Source of the DNA: Spirochaetota bacterium
Lineage (GTDB): Bacteria > Spirochaetota > UBA4802 > UBA5368
Length of the DNA stretch: 64,000 nucleotides
Reading direction: 5' to 3'
Assembly: GCA_035477215.1 (NCBI GenBank)
Contig: DATIKU010000034.1
Coordinates: forward strand, 70,037-134,036
The position numbers and the translations under genes were made by a program. The notes beneath the pieces were generated by a model, which saw only the letters and a list, made by a program, of their open reading frames with translations, was not told the DNA's origin and made no database searches. The stretch's first letter is position 1; every line of letters starts with the position of its first letter. Of the stretch, positions 57,175 through 64,000 are shown piece by piece.

Positions 57175-58726
57175 ACAATTAAGGATTGGGGCCGTATTAG
57201 GTATTATCTGCCTCCTTCCGGGGGGCGCGCTCCCGGTCAGCGGCGAGGAAATGTCCGCAACGGGCGCCGAGAAAACGGCGACGATCACCATCGCCGGACA
57301 CGTCATTACGCTGGAGCGGGCGATAGACCTCGTGCTCCGGAACAATCTTACGTTGCAGTCGGCGAAGTACAACGTGATTATGAGCGATAGCGACTACGAG
57401 CGTTTCAGCGGTAAATTTTCCCCCTCGCTGAACCTTGAGGGCGGGTACGCAAACCAGAAATCGCCGCCCACCGGCATGTCGGCGTTCACCGGAGACAGGC
57501 AGTACCAGTATGACGCGTCGGCTTCGATCTCGAAACTCTTTTCGAGCGGTACGACCATTTCGGCCGGGGTGAAAGAGGTGTTCTTCGACGCCAACGATCC
57601 CGGCGTACCTGCGTTCGGTATCGAGAAAACGCCCGCCTACCATAAACCGTCCCTCTTCGTGAGCCTGCAGCAGGAGCTGCTCCGCAACGCCTTCGGGCGC
57701 GGCGACCGCCTGCAGAAGGAGATGCTTAACAGCGCCGCGCAGATGCAGCGCGCCGCGATCATTAACGAGCTCTCGGGCCTTGTGGTCTCAACGCTAATCG
57801 ATTACTGGACGATCACCGTGCAGAAATCGGCTGTGGAAAACGCCCGCCTCGAGCTTGAATCGGCGCGGCAGGTGCGCGACATCATCGCGCGTAACGCGCG
57901 CTACGGACTCGGCGAGCTGTACGATCTCAACCAGTACAACGCCCTGGTGGCATCGAGTGAGGCCGGGCTCGATGCGGCCGCCCAGCGCCACCGTGAGGCT
58001 GTGCGCAAGCTGGTGCGGACCATGAACATGCCGGCGGACACGAAGGTCGAGGGCGTAACAGACCTCGTGGACGCGCTCCCCGCGCTCGACGAGGACGCGG
58101 CGGTGAAGACCGCCTTCGAAAAGCGCGTGGATTACCGGAACGCCCGCCTGATGCTTGAGAACGCCGACCGGGAGCTCGGTTATCATAAGAACAACGCGCT
58201 CCCCTCGCTCGTCATAAGCATGGGGCTCAACACGCTCGGCCAGGATGAAAATTACAGCCCGGCCATGCGCGACACGGCCTCGGCGAAGTATCCATCCTGG
58301 GAGGCGCGAGCGAAGCTTACGTATCCGCTCGACGACCGCGAGTTGAAAGTCAACCTCCGCAACGCCGAGCTCAGGCGCCGCCAGGCCGCGATCGACCTTG
58401 ACAGGACAAAGCTCGAGGTTCGCGACGACGTGCTGAATTCGCTCGAGCGGGTCAGGCTTCTGCATTCGTCGCTGGGCAAGGCGCGTACGGCGCGCAGCGA
58501 GTCCGAGTTATATTATCAGCGGCTGCTGGCGCGCTTCAGGCAGGGCAAGGCGACCGCGGTGAACGTAAAGTTCGCGCTCGACGCGCTGGTGCAGGCGCGC
58601 CAGGGCGAGCTCGAGGCGCTGGTGCAGTACAACGTGACGCTGCTCGGTTTCGACCTCGCCAAAAACGAGATATTCGACCGGTACAACGTGGATGTCGAAA
58701 AGTATATTCGGGTCGGCAAGGAGTAA
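57167..58726 (+). CDS. TolC-like outer membrane efflux protein (OMF family)
   Basis: Signal peptide plus two OEP repeats with coiled-coil character; overlaps the tetR stop. Confidence 0.8.
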   Translation: MHKQLRIGAVLGIICLLPGGALPVSGEEMSATGAEKTATITIAGHVITLERAIDLVLRNNLTLQSAKYNVIMSDSDYERFSGKFSPSLNLEGGYANQKSPPTGMSAFTGDRQYQYDASASISKLFSSGTTISAGVKEVFFDANDPGVPAFGIEKTPAYHKPSLFVSLQQELLRNAFGRGDRLQKEMLNSAAQMQRAAIINELSGLVVSTLIDYWTITVQKSAVENARLELESARQVRDIIARNARYGLGELYDLNQYNALVASSEAGLDAAAQRHREAVRKLVRTMNMPADTKVEGVTDLVDALPALDEDAAVKTAFEKRVDYRNARLMLENADRELGYHKNNALPSLVISMGLNTLGQDENYSPAMRDTASAKYPSWEARAKLTYPLDDRELKVNLRNAELRRRQAAIDLDRTKLEVRDDVLNSLERVRLLHSSLGKARTARSESELYYQRLLARFRQGKATAVNVKFALDALVQARQGELEALVQYNVTLLGFDLAKNEIFDRYNVDVEKYIRVGKE

Positions 58727-58730
58727 TCGG

Positions 58731-61700
58731 ATGAATATCGCACAGTTTTCGATCAAACGCCCCATCTTTATAAGCTGCCTGGTCATATTAATGATGGTTA
58801 CCGGCATGATCGGGTTGAACAGGATGGGAGTCGACCTGTTCCCGCCCATCGATTTCCCGGTGGTGACCGTCACCACCATCTATCCCGGCGCCACGCCGGA
58901 GGAGATAGAGAAGCTCATCTCGAAACCCCTGGAGGAGCAGGTGAGCACCATTTCGGGCATCAAACGGCTCTCATCGAGGAACCTCGAGGGCATATCGATC
59001 GTCGTCGCCGAGTTCACCTACGAGACCGACGTCAAATACGCCGAGCAGAAAATGCGCGAGAAGGTGGCCCTGGCGCGCAACAACCTGCCCGATGACCTCG
59101 AGGACGAGCCGCTGGTGCGGCAGTTCGATTTCACGAACATGCCCGTGCTCACACTCGCGGTGATGGCCGAGCTTCCCCCGGCTGAGATGTACGACCTTGT
59201 AAAGGAGAAAATCAAACCGCTCATCGAGCAGGCCGACGGCGTTGGGGAGGTTGTGATCTCGGGCGGCACCCGGCGCGAGATCCAGATAGAGCTGGACCGG
59301 GCCAAACTGAACGCCTACGAGATCCCGGCGTCCACCGTCGCGGAGAACATACGAAATTCGGGGGCGAATGTTCCGATCGGCAAGTTTGACCGCGGCGGGC
59401 AGTCCACCATCTTCAAAACGGTCGGTGAGTTCAACGCCATCGAGCAGATCAGGAAGTCGGTGGTGAACTTCGCAGGCGATGTGGCGAACGCGGTGACCGT
59501 AGACAGGATCGGCACGGTGCGCGACGGCACCGAGGACATCGCAACGCTCACCTATCTCTACTATCCGGTGAAGGACAAAAAGAAAAAGTCGTTTTTCGGC
59601 AAAAAAGACGGGAAGAAGGCCGAGAAGGAGACGCGCCCCTGCATCATCCTCGACGTCTACAAGCAGTCGGGGGCAAACTCGGTGGCGGTTGCCGACAGGG
59701 TCGTGAAGCGGATCGACCGGGTCAACGAGGTCATCAGGGCGCACGCCGGAAATCCGCGCCTCGTGTTCGTGTACGATACGGCGAAGTGGATACGCAGCAA
59801 TATCGCGGACGTTCAGGAGACCATGATCATCGGTATCATTCTCGCGGTCATCGTTGTGTATTTTTTCCTGGGGAACGTCCGCTCGACAATTATCACGGGA
59901 ATCGCCATACCGAACTCCATCCTCGGGGCCTTTGTCATCATGTATTTCATGGGGTTTACCATTAACATCATGACGCTCATGGCCCTTTCGCTTTCGGTGG
60001 GCCTGCTCGTGGACGACGCGATCGTGGTACGCGAGAACATCTTCCGAAAACTCGAATCGGGCATGCCCGCCTTCAAGGCGGCCGCCGTGGGCACGACCGA
60101 GGTGATGCTCGCGGTGCTCGCCACGACGCTCACCATCATCGCGGTGTTTCTGCCGATCGGATTTCTGCAGGGCATTGTGGGCCGCTTCTTTCACCAGTTC
60201 GGGCTTGCGGTGGTGTTCGCCATGTGCATCAGCCTCTTCGACGCGCTCACGGTGGCGCCGCTGTTGTCCGCGTATTTTGCGGGGACCGGCGCCAAGGCGA
60301 AGAATCGCCTTGTCGTCTGGTTCGACCGCCTTCAGGATCGCATCGACGGGCTGTACGCGAAGGTCCTGGCATTCAGCGTCAACCGGCCGATCATGGTCAT
60401 CGCGGCGACCTCGCTTGTCTTTTTCCTGAGCATAGGGGCTTTCGGCGTTATAGGCAAGACGTTCAGCCCGGATGCCGACGAAAACGAGGTGATGATCAAC
60501 TTCGAGATGCCCTCGGGCGCGAGCGTCCATGGAACGATGGAGGTGGCGCAAAAGATCGCGGAGAAGATGAAGGGCGTCCCCGAAATAGACTACATGACGA
60601 TCAAGGCCGGTAACGATCAGGGCGAGTACAATCTGGGCGTGGTGGGGGTGTTTTTCGTCACCCGGTCCGAGGGCAGAAAGCGCCACAGCGTCGAGGTCAA
60701 GAAGGATATACGAAAGCTGCTTGAAGAGTTCGCCTTCGTGCAACCCTCGGTGGACGAATACAACGCGACTGGCGGGGGGACCGAAAAGCCGTTCATCCTC
60801 AACATTACGGGTGAGGACCTGGGTGTTTTACAGAATTATTCGGTCGCGGTCGTCGAGCGGCTGAGGAAATTCAAGGACCTCGCCGAGGTTTCCTCCAGCT
60901 ATAAGAAAGGAAAGCCTGAATTCCAGGTGGTGCTCGATAATCAGCGGATGCAGGCTCTGGGCGTGAACCACAGGATGGCGGGGATGGAACTGCGCTACCA
61001 TGTGGAGGGCGGTGTTGTGGGCAAATTCCGCGAGAGGGGGCTGGAATACGACGTACGTATGCGCCTTAAGCCCGAGCAGCGCGACCTCAGGCAGACCTTC
61101 CACGAAACGCGCGTTCCCAACGTACAGATGGAAATGATACCCCTTTCCGCGATCGCGATGGGAAAGGACGCGGTTGGCCCGGCGAAGATACTCCGGCAGG
61201 ACCGTGCGCGCGTGGTCCAGGTTATGGCGAACATCGCCCCGGGAGGCGCGGTGGGCACCGCGATCGAGGAGACGCGGAAGCTCCTCGAAAAGGACCTGCC
61301 AATGCCCGAAGGTGTGGGGTACTCGTTCGTGGGCCAGGCGGACGCCTTCGAGGACATGGTGTCGAACATCATGTTCGCCTTCATGCTTTCGCTCCTCTTC
61401 ATCTACCTGGTGCTGGCGAGTCTTTACGAGTCGTTCATCACGCCGGTAACCATCTTCATGGCGCTGCCGCCGGCGCTCTCCGGCGCGTTCCTCTCGCTCT
61501 TCGTTACCGGGCTCAACATGGACATGTTCAGCATGATCGGCATCATCATGCTGCTGGGGCTGGTCACCAAGAACTCGATTCTGCTGGTGGACTTCGCCCT
61601 GGTGGGGGTGCGTTCGGGGCTCGAGCGCAAGGAGGCGATACGGCGCGCCGGCATGGTGCGGCTGCGCCCCATCCTCATGACCACCTTCGCGATGCTCGCG

Positions 61701-62015
61701 GGGACGCTGCCGCTCGCGCTCGGAGTCGGCGAGGCGGCGCAGTACCGGCAGAGCATGGGCGTGGTCATCATCGGAGGTCTCATCATCTCGACGCTCATCA
61801 CGCTCATCGTTGTGCCGGCGGTCTTCGAGTACGTGGACCGCTTCCGCGAGGCGATAGAAGGCCGGTTTCGGCCGGAGGAGGCGGTCGCGGGATCGGTGAA
61901 GGACGCGTTCGATAACGGCGTGCAGTTCGCTCCCGCGGTCGAGCTTCCTCCCGTCGCGCGGATAAAAGAAAAGTTGAAGGAAAAAGTGAAGGACCGCCTG
62001 AAGAAGAGGAAGTGA
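58731..62015 (+). CDS. RND-family efflux transporter permease (AcrB/HAE1-like) with Lys-rich C-terminal tail
   Basis: MNIAQFSIKRPIF... N-terminus and 12-TM/two-loop RND architecture; AAGGAG RBS. Confidence 0.9.
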   Translation: MNIAQFSIKRPIFISCLVILMMVTGMIGLNRMGVDLFPPIDFPVVTVTTIYPGATPEEIEKLISKPLEEQVSTISGIKRLSSRNLEGISIVVAEFTYETDVKYAEQKMREKVALARNNLPDDLEDEPLVRQFDFTNMPVLTLAVMAELPPAEMYDLVKEKIKPLIEQADGVGEVVISGGTRREIQIELDRAKLNAYEIPASTVAENIRNSGANVPIGKFDRGGQSTIFKTVGEFNAIEQIRKSVVNFAGDVANAVTVDRIGTVRDGTEDIATLTYLYYPVKDKKKKSFFGKKDGKKAEKETRPCIILDVYKQSGANSVAVADRVVKRIDRVNEVIRAHAGNPRLVFVYDTAKWIRSNIADVQETMIIGIILAVIVVYFFLGNVRSTIITGIAIPNSILGAFVIMYFMGFTINIMTLMALSLSVGLLVDDAIVVRENIFRKLESGMPAFKAAAVGTTEVMLAVLATTLTIIAVFLPIGFLQGIVGRFFHQFGLAVVFAMCISLFDALTVAPLLSAYFAGTGAKAKNRLVVWFDRLQDRIDGLYAKVLAFSVNRPIMVIAATSLVFFLSIGAFGVIGKTFSPDADENEVMINFEMPSGASVHGTMEVAQKIAEKMKGVPEIDYMTIKAGNDQGEYNLGVVGVFFVTRSEGRKRHSVEVKKDIRKLLEEFAFVQPSVDEYNATGGGTEKPFILNITGEDLGVLQNYSVAVVERLRKFKDLAEVSSSYKKGKPEFQVVLDNQRMQALGVNHRMAGMELRYHVEGGVVGKFRERGLEYDVRMRLKPEQRDLRQTFHETRVPNVQMEMIPLSAIAMGKDAVGPAKILRQDRARVVQVMANIAPGGAVGTAIEETRKLLEKDLPMPEGVGYSFVGQADAFEDMVSNIMFAFMLSLLFIYLVLASLYESFITPVTIFMALPPALSGAFLSLFVTGLNMDMFSMIGIIMLLGLVTKNSILLVDFALVGVRSGLERKEAIRRAGMVRLRPILMTTFAMLAGTLPLALGVGEAAQYRQSMGVVIIGGLIISTLITLIVVPAVFEYVDRFREAIEGRFRPEEAVAGSVKDAFDNGVQFAPAVELPPVARIKEKLKEKVKDRLKKRK

Positions 62016-62053
62016 CGCGGCGACGAAACAAGACTCGCATAACACACTGAGAA

Positions 62054-62080
62054 AACGGGGCCGGGAGGCCCCGTTTTTTT
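62054..62080 (+). terminator. rho-independent terminator after the RND gene
   Basis: AACGGGGCC-GGGA-GGCCCCGTT followed by TTTTTTT. Confidence 0.7.
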
Positions 62081-62085
62081 GCGCG

Positions 62086-62119
62086 CCAGCGAGCGAGGTC
62101 ACGTGACCTCGCTCGCTGG
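62086..62119. repeat. 34-bp perfect palindrome CCAGCGAGCGAGGTCACGTGACCTCGCTCGCTGG
   Basis: Exact reverse-complement symmetry centred on CACGTG, immediately 3' of the terminator. Confidence 0.85.
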
Positions 62120-62246
62120 AAAATGATCCATGAAAAATCATGTTCGTCATATTATATGACAGACAGAAAAAGGTGATTAATGCTATTGATCGAGGATAGA
62201 CGATGATCGGTTGTGGCTTGTAAACAACGCATTCTGGAAGGTGGCC

Positions 62247-63176
62247 ATGAACAAAAGTCTGCTCCTGGGTCTCGCCGTTATTGTCTGTCTGTCCGCCTGC
62301 CCCCTCTCCGCGGCCGAGAAGATGCAGGTGGCGGTACTGGAGCTCCAGCCCAGGGGGGTATCGAAGATCGTTACCGGGGCGGTGAGCGACATCATCCGCT
62401 CGGAGATGGTGAAGACGGGCCTCTTCACCGTGGTGGAGCGCGCCCAGATGAACGAGATACTGAAAGAGCAGGGCTTCCAGATGACCGGCTGCACCGACCA
62501 GGCATGCGCGGTGCAGGTGGGAAAGCTCCTCTCGGCGCGGAAGATCCTGGTGGGCGAGGTCAACCGGGTGGGAAAGGCTTTCATGATCACGGTGCGCATA
62601 GTGGACGTGGAGAAGGGCGTGTCGGAGTTTGCGGCGAACGAGAAAGCGGAGAACGAGGACGTGCTGGATAAAGCCGGCGCCGGCATAACGCGAAAACTCG
62701 CGCAAAATATAGTGGAAGGAAACGAAGAGTACTTCGTGGAGCGAAAGACCCGCTCCGGCTATTACACCCGGGCCATCGTGCCGGGCTGGGGGCAGTTTTA
62801 CGCGGACCGGGACACGAAGGGCTATGTGTTTCTGGGGAGCTTCGCCCTGTCGGCCGGTTTCGCGGTGTTCAGCTACATGAGGTATTCCGGGGCTGCCGAC
62901 GACTACAGTTCCGTGCCTCGGGGGGCGCCGCAGAGCGAGTTCGATTCCAAGTACGACGCCAAGGTGAAGGCGGCCAACCTGTTCATGGTGGCCGGGGGAA
63001 TCACGGCGTTGATGTACGCGGCGCACTGGGTGGACATTCTCTTCTTCTCCAAGCCCGAGTTCGGGGAGAAGTCGGCAGCGCGTGGTGAAGAAGGCCCGTT
63101 TCGCCTGGACGTGGTGTACTCGAACGCCAGCGGCCCGGAACGAATTGTGTACGGGAGCGCGGTGGCGAGGTTTTAG
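62247..63176 (+). CDS. lipoprotein with LpoB/CsgG-like periplasmic domain followed by predicted TM helices
   Basis: Lipobox LSAC; ...VAVLELQPRG...GLFTVVERAQMNEILKEQGFQMTGCTDQACAVQVGKLLSARKILVGEV... resembles the LpoB/CsgG/FlgO-type fold; hydrophobic segments in the C-terminal third. Confidence 0.45.
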   Translation: MNKSLLLGLAVIVCLSACPLSAAEKMQVAVLELQPRGVSKIVTGAVSDIIRSEMVKTGLFTVVERAQMNEILKEQGFQMTGCTDQACAVQVGKLLSARKILVGEVNRVGKAFMITVRIVDVEKGVSEFAANEKAENEDVLDKAGAGITRKLAQNIVEGNEEYFVERKTRSGYYTRAIVPGWGQFYADRDTKGYVFLGSFALSAGFAVFSYMRYSGAADDYSSVPRGAPQSEFDSKYDAKVKAANLFMVAGGITALMYAAHWVDILFFSKPEFGEKSAARGEEGPFRLDVVYSNASGPERIVYGSAVARF

Positions 63177-63286
63177 GGAGCATGCGGAATGGTGATGGAA
63201 GGCGTATGCCGCTGCGGTGATGGGCGACTTTATATACGCGCAATGATAAAGATGTTCGGGGAAAGGAAATAACCAGGAGGAAGCTC

Positions 63287-63871
63287 ATGAAGAAACGAGT
63301 ATTCCGGATAGTGATTCTGCTCGGCGTCGTTGTAAGCCTGTGCCGCTTTGACTGCGGATTGGTAAATACGGCACGTGACAATCCTAACGATAGCTCCAGC
63401 GGTGGGTACCTGGAAAGCCGGATGGCCCTTTCGTTGTCAACGGGGGAGGTTATCAACCGGGATGATATTTGGTCCTGTCAGTATGGGAACAGATGCCAAC
63501 CGTCGTTGATCACTCTCGTTTTCAATGTTACCAACAACGGCTCCGGTCCCCTTATACTCAGCGGGACGCCGAGGGTGTCCTTGGCCGGTTCTTCGACCTA
63601 TACGGTTCTCCTGCAGCCCAGCGGCATCATTGCGGCCGGGAATACGACATCGTTCGAAATCAGGTTCAACTCCGATTGCGCCCATGTTAACAGAAGTACA
63701 CTCGTTTCCATTCCCACGAATGACGGCACGTTTACATTTGAAATAGAAATGGTCCATGTCTGTGTCAATCCGGGCGGTGTTGGATCGCGGCCACCACCCT
63801 GTGATGTTCAGACATGTGACGGTGAATGTGTAAACCAGGTCGTCTGGGGGTCGCCCTGTCAGGCCCTGTAA
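63287..63871 (+). CDS. hypothetical secreted Cys-rich protein
   Basis: Signal peptide (IVILLGVVVSLC); 12 Cys including a C-terminal CDVQTCDGEC cluster; AGGAGG RBS. Confidence 0.4.
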   Translation: MKKRVFRIVILLGVVVSLCRFDCGLVNTARDNPNDSSSGGYLESRMALSLSTGEVINRDDIWSCQYGNRCQPSLITLVFNVTNNGSGPLILSGTPRVSLAGSSTYTVLLQPSGIIAAGNTTSFEIRFNSDCAHVNRSTLVSIPTNDGTFTFEIEMVHVCVNPGGVGSRPPPCDVQTCDGECVNQVVWGSPCQAL

Positions 63872-64000
63872 TGGGGACAGGACGTCATGTGAAAATCCTC
63901 GTCGGGCCGGGAGATTCACCATAGTGTAAGCGGGCGAGATCGCGTGACCATCGCCCGCATAGTAAATGTTAAAATCAATCATTTGAAAAACCATCGCATT

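Overview
GC-rich (about 60% by eye) chromosomal segment, mostly core housekeeping genes, with no transposases, integrases, CRISPR arrays or obvious prophage. The gene content points to a spirochaete. Supporting observations: two tandem FlaA-like flagellar sheath paralogs; a roughly 900-aa long-form GreA; a YlqG/YlqH-like FliK-like plus FlhB-C pair downstream of rnhB; a DapL-type aminotransferase plus LysA; HD-GYP and REC-GGDEF c-di-GMP enzymes. Landmarks: the conserved operon rpsP-KH-rimM-trmD-rplS-rnhB; a selenocysteine-containing periplasmic formate dehydrogenase (fdnG read through an in-frame TGA, with a downstream SECIS-like hairpin) plus its Fe-S subunit but no membrane subunit; penicillin-acylase-family protein; a 7TMR-DISM hybrid sensor kinase; iorAB preceded by a MetV-like zinc-ribbon protein and an unknown 179-aa partner; a frameshifted xth; a histone-H1-like tailed protein; Tpx; split Grx-like/TrxB; an archaeal-type three-gene glutamate synthase; a TetR-OMF-RND efflux locus that lacks an adaptor gene; two tRNAs (Ala-CGC on the minus strand, Leu-CAG on the plus strand). 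CDS coordinates follow the supplied ORF track, with starts refined where an RBS or homology indicated. Hand-derived coordinates for RNAs and hairpins may be off by 1-2 nt, because the printed sequence and the ORF track disagree by single bases at a few line boundaries. No database searches were possible; all family calls rest on recognised motifs.
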